IMG/VR virus record: IMGVR_UViG_3300048896_000074
Location: 1 to 53,739 of that record
DNA length: 53,739 nt
Strand: one strand, 5' to 3'
Origin: a virus
Taxonomy: Duplodnaviria > Caudoviricetes
Both the position numbers and the translations under genes were made by a program. This document shows positions 34,868 through 43,945 of the stretch, piece after piece. The notes beneath the pieces are model-generated. The model was given only the letters and a program-made list of their open reading frames with translations. It was not told where the DNA came from and made no database searches. The first letter of the stretch is position 1; every line of letters begins with the position of its first letter.

Positions 34868-35679
34868 TTTTCCCCTTCCAGCATCCGCCAGAGCGTTCCG
34901 TCCACCAGCTCGCGCTCGTTCCACTGATTGTACGCCAGCGACCGCACCCACGGCTCGCGGTCGGGATAGAGCGGCGTCTCGACCTTCGCAATGTCCGTCA
35001 GGCCCACCAGGGCCGCGGCGCTGTCGGGATGGACAACGACAGGGCAACCCATGATGACCGCCTCGACCGCGGCGTTGCTGCCGTGCGTGACGAGACAGTG
35101 CGCGCCACGGAGATCGTCGTGCAACTTTCTGCCGAACCTCTGCATTTCCTTGTCGCGGTAGATCAGCGGGCGGTCGGTGACGTTGCGGAGCGCCTCGACC
35201 GTCCGCTCTTTCCATCCGGTGATACCGTGGAACGCTTGGTAGCTGGGCGACGGCTCGGCGACGACTATATGCCGCCCGTTCCTACCCCACGACCAGAGAT
35301 CGGTCCTGGCGGCCTCCCAGCGGTCTCCTGGCACGCTTCTAATCTCGCGCATCTGGTAGGCGTTGACCTGCCAGCGATAATATCCGCCGTCGGCGCCGGT
35401 CGGCAGGTCGGTCGCGAAGATCCTGCGGAAATATCCGCGATCCCAATACACGAACGTCCGCCCGCGCTTGCGCCACGCCTCGATCATCGGGTGGAGTTCG
35501 AGCGTGCAACCGACGATCGGAATCATATCGTCGGGGAAGCGGTCGAGCGCCGAGAAGTCGCCGCGGACCTCGTAGCCGCCCTGGCTGACGATCGTCCGGC
35601 CGATACGATTGAACAGGTCCAGTTTGAACTTTTTCAGGTGGCCGGGGATAAACAGGACAGCGCGGCTCGCTTCGATCAT
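34855..35679 (-). CDS. glycosyltransferase-like protein (GT-B, capsule-synthesis-like C-terminus)
   Basis: YWDRGYF; L..AHCLVTHGSNAAVEAVIMGCPV; ATGA coupling. Confidence 0.65.
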   Translation of the reverse strand: MIEASRAVLFIPGHLKKFKLDLFNRIGRTIVSQGGYEVRGDFSALDRFPDDMIPIVGCTLELHPMIEAWRKRGRTFVYWDRGYFRRIFATDLPTGADGGYYRWQVNAYQMREIRSVPGDRWEAARTDLWSWGRNGRHIVVAEPSPSYQAFHGITGWKERTVEALRNVTDRPLIYRDKEMQRFGRKLHDDLRGAHCLVTHGSNAAVEAVIMGCPVVVHPDSAAALVGLTDIAKVETPLYPDREPWVRSLAYNQWNERELVDGTLWRMLEGEKCHA

Positions 35680-36323
35680 GCGCGCCAGTGCTCCTTCACC
35701 CAATCCAGATGCTCGAACGCCGACGGGTCGCGCCAGCCGGGGAACGCGACGATCCGGGCGTCCTTCGGCAGCGCATCGCCCTTCGGCCACATTGGCTTCT
35801 TATACGCGTATAATCCCGACGACGGACCGACCTGCCAGCCGGCGGCGCCGGGGAGCGTGTGCGCGAACCAGCCCTGGTCATCGGGGAACTCGAAATAGTT
35901 CGTAATCCGCAGGGCATCGAGCGAGAAGTCCTGCCAGACGTGCGGGTAGTGCCCGGCGCGTAGCATCCAGACCGAGCCGTTGTACGGGCAGGGGTTCGAG
36001 GCGTTCGCGCCTTGCAGGATCACGAAGTTCTCCGGTCGGTCGAAGAGAGCGTCGAGCGGTCCGGTGATGACGAGGTCGAGGTCGAGGCAGACAATGCGGT
36101 CGCCGGCTTCGAATCCCTGTGCTGCCTGCCATGCCGGATCGAATGCCCGCAGCCGCGCCAGGCAGCCGGGAATTGCGGTGAGCGCGGCGTCTTCATCCTG
36201 CGGGACGATCACCCGGAAGTCGTAGGGTTGGGCGAGATGCCGACGCAGGCCCGCGGCCAGACGGTCGACGTAGAACTGCGGATATTTGGAACCCCACCGC
36301 CATGTCGTTACGCGGAGCGCCAC
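35676..36323 (-). CDS. GT-A fold glycosyltransferase
   Basis: WGSKY...YVDRL...L.RHL, LDLDLVITG.LD (DxD), YNGSV, DDQGW, IVAFPG..DP. Confidence 0.8.
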   Translation of the reverse strand: MALRVTTWRWGSKYPQFYVDRLAAGLRRHLAQPYDFRVIVPQDEDAALTAIPGCLARLRAFDPAWQAAQGFEAGDRIVCLDLDLVITGPLDALFDRPENFVILQGANASNPCPYNGSVWMLRAGHYPHVWQDFSLDALRITNYFEFPDDQGWFAHTLPGAAGWQVGPSSGLYAYKKPMWPKGDALPKDARIVAFPGWRDPSAFEHLDWVKEHWRA

Positions 36324-36898
36324 AGCACACCGATGCCGTTGTTCCTGCCGGTCGGGCAGAACTTGAACTCGACGTGGCGGTATTGCTTGCGCACCTTCGC
36401 CCAGAGGATCGGCGCCTCGATGATCGCGCCGGTATGATCCGCCGGCCGGTTCCAAGCGATGTCGTGGAACGCGACGATCCGCGCCATCGGGCCGTAGTTT
36501 TCGAAGTCCGCTGTGCAAGCCTGCAGCGTGTGGTCGCCGTCGATGAAGACCGCGTCGAAGGGCCCGAGCGCCTTCGCCTGCGCGATGTTCGCTGGCGCGT
36601 TGCTCTTTCCCCAGATCACATGCGCGTCGTAGCCTTCAGCGTTCAGCGCGTCGATGCAGGCTTGCAGGTTCACCGCGCCGTCGCCGCGACCGCCGAAGCC
36701 TTCGGGCAGTTCGATCGAGACGATGCGCGAACCCTTCGGCAGCGCGTGGGCGACGCGCCAGAGCGAGCCGCCATAGCGCGAGCCGATCTCGAGGAACGAC
36801 CGCGCGCCCTCGCCGGCCAGGAGGCGGCAGAACGCGGCGAGCTCGGCGTCCTCCTGGGCGACGTCAGTCAGGTACTTCCGGTGGACCGCCTGCTTCAC
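36308..36898 (-). CDS. class I SAM-dependent methyltransferase (Methyltransf_24-like)
   Basis: LEIGS.YGGS, FDAVFIDGDH, VAFHDI, GIGV; GAGGGAGG RBS before the GTG. Confidence 0.85.
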   Translation of the reverse strand: MKQAVHRKYLTDVAQEDAELAAFCRLLAGEGARSFLEIGSRYGGSLWRVAHALPKGSRIVSIELPEGFGGRGDGAVNLQACIDALNAEGYDAHVIWGKSNAPANIAQAKALGPFDAVFIDGDHTLQACTADFENYGPMARIVAFHDIAWNRPADHTGAIIEAPILWAKVRKQYRHVEFKFCPTGRNNGIGVLWRSA

Positions 36899-37089
36899 AG
36901 AGCCTCCCTCACGATTGATAGGCGCGGCCAGCCTCGATGATCTCGAATAGCGATCTTCGTTCCGCTCCAAACTTCGTGGCGGACAGGCCAGCTTAGGCAA
37001 AGCGTCCAGCCTGTTCCTCGTATCCGCTCGCCAGTCCAGAAGACGGCTGCCATGTAGATTCTGCGGAGGAGGATCATCCCCTTGCCCAT
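36895..37089 (-). CDS. small hypothetical protein
   Basis: Fills the gap and overlaps both neighbours; lower GC. Confidence 0.4.
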   Translation of the reverse strand: MGKGMILLRRIYMAAVFWTGERIRGTGWTLCLSWPVRHEVWSGTKIAIRDHRGWPRLSIVREAL

Positions 37090-37655
37090 ATCGCGGCGAC
37101 TCCGAGTTCGGTTGAAATGTAGGACGTGTGGATCCGGTGGAGATTGACCTCGCGCAAGTCGCGGTCAAGCGCGGCGATCTCCGCGTCGTTCTCCGCAAGC
37201 TGCTCGGACGTCGCGCGCCAGCCGAAGTAGCCTTTCGTCATCCGGCCGACATGCTGGATCAGCTTCGACAATTCGTCCGCTGGCATCACGCGCTTGAGCT
37301 TGTGGTAGGTCGCGAGCAGCAGGACGATATCGTAGGACGCCCGGAAGCGCTTGAACGCGGCCGACCCTTTCGTCAGGTCCACGACCTCGAACTGGCTCTC
37401 GACGGCGCGTAGGTCGGCGAACCACTCCCGCGCCGCCATGATCCCGGCCTCGTAGATATCGCAGCCGTGCACCGCGCTCGCGCCGTTCTCGTAGAACTGG
37501 AACCCCACCGCGCCGCGATTGCAGCCGATGTCGAGGACCGAGCAACCCTTCGCCCGGTTGAGCAGGTCGCTGATCCCGTCGAGGCGAAGGTCGTGGTAGC
37601 CGGCGACGCGGCGCTGGACCGAGTAGTGCCCCGTCGGTGATCGCATGACGTCCAT
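37074..37655 (-). CDS. class I SAM-dependent methyltransferase
   Basis: SVLDIGCNRG, VHGCD, YDIVLLLA.YH. Confidence 0.85.
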   Translation of the reverse strand: MDVMRSPTGHYSVQRRVAGYHDLRLDGISDLLNRAKGCSVLDIGCNRGAVGFQFYENGASAVHGCDIYEAGIMAAREWFADLRAVESQFEVVDLTKGSAAFKRFRASYDIVLLLATYHKLKRVMPADELSKLIQHVGRMTKGYFGWRATSEQLAENDAEIAALDRDLREVNLHRIHTSYISTELGVAAIWARG

Positions 37656-38432
37656 TCAGAGAAGCCGGGCCGCGGCGTCGAAGACTTCCTCGACGCTGAT
37701 CTTCGCCATCGCCTCGATGCAGTGCTGGCAGAGCGAGAGCGAACCGCAGGCCGTCGCGCCGCCGGTCAGGTTCGTATGCTGCTCATAGCCGGTCACGATC
37801 GGCGGGATAAAGCCGCCGAACAGGACCACGGCCGGCGTTCCGACCGCCGCGGCGCCGTGGTGCAAGCCGCCTTCCGGGCCGATGTAGAGCGCGGCGTGCG
37901 ACATGATCGCCAGGGCGTCGCGGAAGCCGAGCGTGCGGAACGTCGGGATCCCGGGGAGCGGCCTGCCCTTGTCGTATCCGAACTGCCGGACCTCGTGCCC
38001 GGCCTCGACGAGCTTGTCGGCGAGCGCCTGATACTTCTCGCGGCCCCAATCCTTGTTCGGCGCGCACCCTTTCCACGCCTCGATGTTCGGCTCGATGATG
38101 ATGAACCCCTCGCCGAAGCGCCGCCCGTTCCGCTTCTCGCCCGGGTCGAAGTAGAGCTCGCCAGCCTGGGCGCGGAAGTTGGTGTTCCAGACCCAGCGAT
38201 TCCGCTTCCGGTCCTGGGTGTTATAGATCCGGTGCCCCTTGTGGTAGCGGATCCAGACGACGTCGCGGTCGCGCTCCGAGCCTGGCCGCGCGATGTTAGG
38301 GTTGCCCCGGAAGATCGTTTCGCTGTTCCCGTCCCATAGGATGCGGCGGCCGTCTCCGAAGGCGACGCGCTGGCCCGACTCCTTGGCGCCCTTCGCCATG
38401 CCGGTCGCCATGATCTGATCGCCTAGACCCAA
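37656..38432 (-). CDS. glycosyltransferase family 9-like (heptosyltransferase fold)
   Basis: GLGD.IM, NKDW...YQ.L, IGPEGGLHH.AAAVG.PAVVLFG, C..C..AM..ISVEEV. Confidence 0.85.
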   Translation of the reverse strand: MGLGDQIMATGMAKGAKESGQRVAFGDGRRILWDGNSETIFRGNPNIARPGSERDRDVVWIRYHKGHRIYNTQDRKRNRWVWNTNFRAQAGELYFDPGEKRNGRRFGEGFIIIEPNIEAWKGCAPNKDWGREKYQALADKLVEAGHEVRQFGYDKGRPLPGIPTFRTLGFRDALAIMSHAALYIGPEGGLHHGAAAVGTPAVVLFGGFIPPIVTGYEQHTNLTGGATACGSLSLCQHCIEAMAKISVEEVFDAAARLL

Positions 38433-39301
38433 GCGAGGCGCTCCCGCGCCGAGCGGATGATACCGGCCAGGTCGCGCGATGGTTCCCAGCGCAACACTTT
38501 GCGGATGCGGTCATTCGATCCGACCAGTTTGTCGGCGTCGCCTGGGCGGCGTTCGGATATTTCTGGGACGATATCCGCGCCAGCGCAAAGCGCGATCACC
38601 TGACGCACGCTCGACCCCACTCCCGAACAGACGTTGAGCGCCTCGCCTGGCTGGCCGCGGATCAGCGCCTTGAGCGCGGCGACGTTAGCGCGGGCGACAT
38701 CGTCGACGAGTATGTAGTCGCGGACCGCCGCGCCATCGCCATGCAGCACGAATATGCGCTTGCCGGCGGCTGCAGCCAGGAAGTTCGGGATCAGATGCCC
38801 GCCGCGGTCACCCGAACCGCCGGCGACGTTGAAGTAGCGCAGGCGCATCGCGTCCGGCAAAAGGTGTTCACCGCTTACCTTGGTGCGGCCATAGGGATTG
38901 AGCGGCGCGAGCTCGCGGCCTTCGGTGATCGCCAGCGCGCCACCCTCGCCGTATACCGCAGCGGATGAGGCAAACACGACTGGAAGCCGGCCGACGCTGG
39001 TGGCGACGTTGCAGGTCATCCAGACGTTCTCGTCGTACTTCTCCGGGTTGAAGACGGACTCGGCGACGTTGGAGTGCCCGGCTAGGTGGATCACGCCGAC
39101 TGGATTGTACTGCAGCAGGGCCGCGGCGATCTCGGCGCGATTGAGCAGGTCGCCCTCGACGAACGGACCCCACTGAACCGCCGACCGCTCGCCCGTCGAG
39201 AGGTTGTCGAACGCGACCGGATCGAACCCGCTCGCCTTGAGGGCCCGGCATGTCGCGCGGCCGATATAGCCGGCGCCGCCTGTGACGAGGATGGCCTTCA
39301 T
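38423..39301 (-). CDS. galE: UDP-glucose 4-epimerase-like NAD-dependent epimerase
   Basis: ILVTGGAGYIG, DNLSTG, IHLA...V.ES..NP.KY, SSAAVYG, PYGRTK (YxxxK), LRYFNVAG, RRPGD. Confidence 0.88.
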   Translation of the reverse strand: MKAILVTGGAGYIGRATCRALKASGFDPVAFDNLSTGERSAVQWGPFVEGDLLNRAEIAAALLQYNPVGVIHLAGHSNVAESVFNPEKYDENVWMTCNVATSVGRLPVVFASSAAVYGEGGALAITEGRELAPLNPYGRTKVSGEHLLPDAMRLRYFNVAGGSGDRGGHLIPNFLAAAAGKRIFVLHGDGAAVRDYILVDDVARANVAALKALIRGQPGEALNVCSGVGSSVRQVIALCAGADIVPEISERRPGDADKLVGSNDRIRKVLRWEPSRDLAGIIRSARERLAWV

Positions 39302-40026
39302 GCGGCGAGCCGGCGGCGCTCGGCCCACCACTCGTCGGCGAACTCGCACTCCTCGTATCCGGGCATATCCGGCAGCCCGAGCGTGAAGTGCGCGACCGCT
39401 ACGTCGGGGAGCGGAGGCGAGGCGCCGACGAGGTAGTTCCACTTCGGATCTAGTGCGCCGATCTCGTCGTCCGCCAGCCAGCAGAAGCGATGCAGGTCGC
39501 GGCCGGGCAGCGCGTTGATGAGCTCTATCGTCAGTTCCCGGTTCGAGCGGTGGTCGCAGTTGATGAGCATGAAGCTCGACCAGTTCTTCCGCGCGTAGGC
39601 GGTCTGAATCTGGCCGTCCATCTTCTCCAGGCCCGCCGGCGGCTCGTGGTGATGCTGGACGCAGTAGACCGCCTTCGCAGGGTCGAGGCCGTCGAAGACC
39701 TGGGCGATATCGGCCCGCGCCAGCATGTCGCCGTCCATGAACAGCGCCCAACCCGAGCCGGCCAGGTGCTTTGTCAGGAACCGAGCGTTCGCGTGCTCGG
39801 TCGACATCGGCGCGTCGGATATCTTGTCCCACATGACGGTCGTCAGGCTGGCGCCGGTGAAGTGACGGGTCGTCGGGCGCGTGTAGAGGCCGCGGCCGAC
39901 GAGGTCGTCGAGCACCAGGCCGTGGATGGGGATGAAGCGCGAGAGGCGCCTGCTGACCGATTGCACGGCGATCTCGTAGGCCGTCTGCTCCCTCGGGTCG
40001 TACCCGACGAATATCGTCTCTTTCAC
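39298..40026 (-). CDS. GT-A fold glycosyltransferase (GT8-like)
   Basis: IFVGYDPRE, STE....RFL, GWALFMDGDM (DxD), RKNWSS.ML.NC.H, WN.LV, HFTLG.P. Confidence 0.85.
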   Translation of the reverse strand: MKETIFVGYDPREQTAYEIAVQSVSRRLSRFIPIHGLVLDDLVGRGLYTRPTTRHFTGASLTTVMWDKISDAPMSTEHANARFLTKHLAGSGWALFMDGDMLARADIAQVFDGLDPAKAVYCVQHHHEPPAGLEKMDGQIQTAYARKNWSSFMLINCDHRSNRELTIELINALPGRDLHRFCWLADDEIGALDPKWNYLVGASPPLPDVAVAHFTLGLPDMPGYEECEFADEWWAERRRLAA

Positions 40027-40655
40027 CAGACCTCCCAGCGCTTGAGCGTTTCCTCGACGCTCGCCTTCGGAAAACAGCGGATATCGCTCGTCGGAGATGC
40101 GTTTACCACTTCGATGCCGCGCGCAGCCAGTTGAACGCCGGCCGTCTCGAACGCCGGCAGCCAGCGCCGGAAGTTGTCGCGGTCTGGGTTAGACATGCGG
40201 AACCCATTGTTGCGACCGTACCAGTGCACGCCATTGCGGTCGTGGACGTCGAAGCCGATCAGGAGGACGCGGCTCGCGCCCCACTGCGCGACGAGGTTCA
40301 ACGCCTGGAAGCCGGAGTTCCCGCCGGCGCCGACGCTGCCGACCTTATCGAAGACCAGCCGGTCTAACCGCTTGTCAGGGATCTCGACCTTGCCGCACCC
40401 GAACTGGTCGACCGCGCGCTGGTCGTAGGCGAGGCGCAGGCCCTTGAACTCCGTCAGTCCGTGCCGGCACTCCCACCAGCCGAAATCGCAGCCGTAGACA
40501 ACATCGGCGCATGGCGCGAGATCGACGTTCGCCTTGATAGCGAGGACGGGAACGCGGCCTTTCAGATGCTCTACGCCAGTTTTTTTTGCCGAAGGACCGG
40601 AGGCGATGATCGCGACAGCGCGGTCGGTCCAGTCGGGCCAGGCAGCCGAGCCTAT
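40023..40655 (-). CDS. DUF115/Maf-like (sialyltransferase-related fold) protein with apparent non-canonical ATA start
   Basis: One open frame of 211 codons: AIIASGPS, ADVVY.CD..WW, GGNSGFQALNL...GA.R.LL.GFD, VVNAS..S.I.CF; the ORF track caught only the last 92 aa. Confidence 0.75.
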   Translation of the reverse strand: MGSAAWPDWTDRAVAIIASGPSAKKTGVEHLKGRVPVLAIKANVDLAPCADVVYGCDFGWWECRHGLTEFKGLRLAYDQRAVDQFGCGKVEIPDKRLDRLVFDKVGSVGAGGNSGFQALNLVAQWGASRVLLIGFDVHDRNGVHWYGRNNGFRMSNPDRDNFRRWLPAFETAGVQLAARGIEVVNASPTSDIRCFPKASVEETLKRWEVW

Positions 40656-43138
40656 GGCACGATCCCCGACCCGTCATTCCATTTGCCGTCGCAAGTGAGG
40701 GCGCCGATGGCAACGCCGCTGGGATAGGTGTTCGCCCCCGAGATGCAGGATGGCGTCAGCACCGAGACGACTTCGGCTACCATCTGCGCCACGGTCGCGC
40801 CGGACCAGTTAAAGGCGGTCAGGGTCGCCTTGGGCGTCGTGCCCACGAAGTCACAGACGGGGCTCACGCCGCAGGCCGGATCATTCGTCCCGTTGGCCCC
40901 ATTGGCGAAGTAGTTGCGGGCGTTGGTGAAGGAGGCGGGGAGCGTCGCCAGCGTACCGGAGAAGTAGCTGTCGCTCAGGACATTCGCGCCGTCGTAGGGC
41001 TGGCCGGTTCCGTTGTGGGTGGGGAGGCTGAATGTGGGGCTCGGACCGGTGGTGGCGCAGGCTCCGACCGCGAAGCCCGCGATGTTAGCGTGGAAATAGG
41101 TCGCGTGTTTGAAGGTCGAGTCCACGAAAGAGAAGAAGTTGGGATCGACGTTCGCACAGCCGACGTAGATGAAGCCGTCGTAGAGGCCACCGGTGGTGTA
41201 GTAGGTGTGGATCGTGGTCGAGGCGACAAGCTGGGGCGAGCCGCTGATGGTGTAGTCGCCGATACCCTCGCCGTGCGTGGTGACGTAGGTGAAGGTGCCG
41301 GTCTTGGGCGCTTCTGTGCAGCCGGTTACATTCCATGTCGAGCCGGAGCCCGAGCCGGCGACGTTGGTGGTGATGTGGCACTGCGAGCTTGCGCTGGTGA
41401 AGCCGCCGCCGGTAATCGCCATGCCCTCAACGACGCGCCCGGTCAGCGTTCCCACAGTGAGGATGCCAGAGGCTGAAGAGACGGTGCTGCTGGTGCTGGA
41501 GCCTCCTGCGGGGACGGCGGTGACTGTCGGAGCGCCGGTCATGGTTCCGCCCGCGAGGGGCTTGGTGGTCGAGGCGATGACCGAGACGAGATAGTCCTGA
41601 ACGGCGGTCACATGCAGGATGTTGCCCGCGCCCCCCGAACCGTTGTCGATTGAGCCCGTCACCACCCAGGGAGATTGCGCCGAGAAGATCGGAGCGGCGA
41701 GGCCGATGGGGCTCCCAGCGTTGTCCACCGTCAGGCAGGAGTTGGCGTCGAGGGCGATCAGACGGCGCCAGATGGGGCGTATTTGGCCCGTGCCGTCCGT
41801 GATCTGCGCCGCGTCCACATGCAGGCCGGACCCGTTGTGGGCGCAATGGGCGATCAGTCGCGCGTCATCAATCTCCCAGTCGCTGCCCGAGCCGAAGAAC
41901 AGGTGGTTGTCGGACGCGAGTTGGATGACCGGCGCGTTCAATTGAACGTGGTCGCAGAACGAGCCTTCCTGCACACCCTGCGGGGAATAGATGGCATGGA
42001 GGTTGTTGACCACGACATGGCTGGTGCCGACGCAGGTAAAGGCCGATGAGGTGTCGTTCAGGGAACCGTAGCCAGCGACCCAGCCGACAGTCAGGTCATT
42101 GACGCCGATGTAGGAATCGCCCGCTGTCGTCGCGATAATCGAGCCTGGAAGGGCCGCGCCTGTGCTCTGCGTCGGAGCGAGGGCGTTGTAGATCATATAG
42201 CTGCTGCTCGCTATCGTCTCGATGTCGATGAGCGGTGGGGGCCGGGCAGCGTCGGCGTACTGGTAGGAGATGCCGGACCAGATGGTGGTTGTCGGAACTG
42301 TTTGACTAATGTTGACGACCCCATGAGTGGAGTCGGACATGGAGACGATCTTAGTTAGCGCCGTCACCTTGTAGCCGGTCAGGTATTGGCCCGCCGCGAA
42401 GCCTGAACCCGTCCCGGTGACTGTGCCGCAGACAAACGCCGTAGCGGTGATCGAACAATCGCCCTGGTTGCCCACGAAGGCCGCGCCCTGAATGGTGCGG
42501 CAGGAGCCGGACCCGCTTACACAGGTGCCGCTGAGGCCCGACCCCGACCATTGGCCCCGATCCATGCCGACCGCGAAGTCCACGGCCACGCCACATTTGG
42601 ACTGGAAGGTGGCGGCCGAAGCGTGCGGAACGCCGGACTCATTGCCGAGCGTGGCGTGGCAGGGCGCGGTATTGATCGTCAACACCTTCGACTGCGACGT
42701 GCCGTTGGCGTTGGTCGCAGTGATGTCGAAGGTATAGGTCGCCGATGCAGTGCAGGGGCTTCCACCCTGTAGGCAATCGGTAACGCCCGCAGTGCTGGGA
42801 ACGGGGAGGATCGCGCTTGATCCCTCCGCTCCGTTGTAGAGCGTCCAGTCGCCGCAATTGCTGGAGGTGCAGGCCTCTGTCCACGAGGTGACGCTGGAGC
42901 CGCCCTGGCTATGCAGAAGGCCGAGCGTGGCGCTGGATAGTCGGACGGTCCCCTTGTCCTTCTGAGTAAGATTGCCAAAGGGGATGGTGACGCTGGCGAG
43001 GACCGGCGCCTGGGATGGCACCCCATGAGGATTTCGGGCCTGTACTGGAGTCGCGTGAAAAACCAGCAGCAGCACCATGATCAGAAAGTTGATCGGGCCG
43101 CCGTGGAAGAACCATTCCGAAAGACGGCGGGTCAGCAT
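40652..43138 (-). CDS. large secreted-type Ser/Thr/Gly/Cys-rich beta-rich protein
   Basis: Hydrophobic signal ending VQA-RNPHG; Ig-like YTFDITATN.NG segment; beta-helix-like middle with H.DAAQ. Confidence 0.7.
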   Translation of the reverse strand: MLTRRLSEWFFHGGPINFLIMVLLLVFHATPVQARNPHGVPSQAPVLASVTIPFGNLTQKDKGTVRLSSATLGLLHSQGGSSVTSWTEACTSSNCGDWTLYNGAEGSSAILPVPSTAGVTDCLQGGSPCTASATYTFDITATNANGTSQSKVLTINTAPCHATLGNESGVPHASAATFQSKCGVAVDFAVGMDRGQWSGSGLSGTCVSGSGSCRTIQGAAFVGNQGDCSITATAFVCGTVTGTGSGFAAGQYLTGYKVTALTKIVSMSDSTHGVVNISQTVPTTTIWSGISYQYADAARPPPLIDIETIASSSYMIYNALAPTQSTGAALPGSIIATTAGDSYIGVNDLTVGWVAGYGSLNDTSSAFTCVGTSHVVVNNLHAIYSPQGVQEGSFCDHVQLNAPVIQLASDNHLFFGSGSDWEIDDARLIAHCAHNGSGLHVDAAQITDGTGQIRPIWRRLIALDANSCLTVDNAGSPIGLAAPIFSAQSPWVVTGSIDNGSGGAGNILHVTAVQDYLVSVIASTTKPLAGGTMTGAPTVTAVPAGGSSTSSTVSSASGILTVGTLTGRVVEGMAITGGGFTSASSQCHITTNVAGSGSGSTWNVTGCTEAPKTGTFTYVTTHGEGIGDYTISGSPQLVASTTIHTYYTTGGLYDGFIYVGCANVDPNFFSFVDSTFKHATYFHANIAGFAVGACATTGPSPTFSLPTHNGTGQPYDGANVLSDSYFSGTLATLPASFTNARNYFANGANGTNDPACGVSPVCDFVGTTPKATLTAFNWSGATVAQMVAEVVSVLTPSCISGANTYPSGVAIGALTCDGKWNDGSGIVP

Positions 43139-43944
43139 CCCACACCCATCAGCATGCCGCGCCCGCAAGTGGCCGTTACGCCGCCACCAGACGCCTTAAA
43201 GGTGAAGACGTTGACATCGTAGAGTTGGCTGGTCGCTAGGGTCGGATTCGACGTGACGGAAGCCGTTGAGGCGACAACTTGGGTATCCACCGCCGTGCGT
43301 CCGCCGAAGGTCAGGTTGGTTAGCTGCGTGAAGCCGTGGCCGGTGTCGGCGGTCCAAGCGGCGTTGGCCGATACCTCGTCGTCAACCGAGATGATCAATT
43401 CGCTGGCCTGGGCGAGTGTGCCGGTGGTGAGATTACCGTTGGTGCCTGGTCCGGTCCCTGTGGCGCTGTTCCACGTCCCGGTCACGTCCAGGGGTGTGGA
43501 CGTTAGGCCGGTCGTGCATTGGCCCAGGACGCGGCTGTTGGTGGTGGTCCCCGTCCACGCGGCGGTCACCGCAGCAGCGGAGAGAGCGTTAGTCAGGACG
43601 CTGTAAATCACCGCCGTAACGGAGTCGGTGGAGGCGTTGAAAGAGGTGATGACAGTGTAGGTGTTGCTGTGCGTGTCGGACACGCCGACGCCGGTCGGCG
43701 CCGTAAAGGTGGCATTCCTGACCGCAACCTCAATCGTGAGGAGGCTCCCCGCGCCACAGGTGACGGTCAGGGCGCGCGTAGTCTGCGACGTGCCCGTGTT
43801 GGTGCCGACGCTGGAAATGCTGGGCGTGGCAAAGCACGGCGCGGCCCACAGGATCAAAAATGTGAGTACGGCCGCCGCAATCGCGTACCCGCCGGCGCCC
43901 AACACCGCAGCGCCGGCATCCTTAAAGTGCTCAACTATCTTCAT
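43132..43944 (-). CDS. secreted-type Thr/Ser-rich protein
   Basis: Signal-like ...LTFLILWAAPCFA-; DTHSNTY; C-terminal MLMGVGC. Confidence 0.7.
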   Translation of the reverse strand: MKIVEHFKDAGAAVLGAGGYAIAAAVLTFLILWAAPCFATPSISSVGTNTGTSQTTRALTVTCGAGSLLTIEVAVRNATFTAPTGVGVSDTHSNTYTVITSFNASTDSVTAVIYSVLTNALSAAAVTAAWTGTTTNSRVLGQCTTGLTSTPLDVTGTWNSATGTGPGTNGNLTTGTLAQASELIISVDDEVSANAAWTADTGHGFTQLTNLTFGGRTAVDTQVVASTASVTSNPTLATSQLYDVNVFTFKASGGGVTATCGRGMLMGVGC

Positions 43945-43945
43945 G

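Noticed and set aside
40578-40590. Suspected frameshift at the A8 run breaking the DUF115-like gene
   Set aside because: Manual translation shows the frame is intact through the run; the ORF caller missed the gene only because it lacks a standard start
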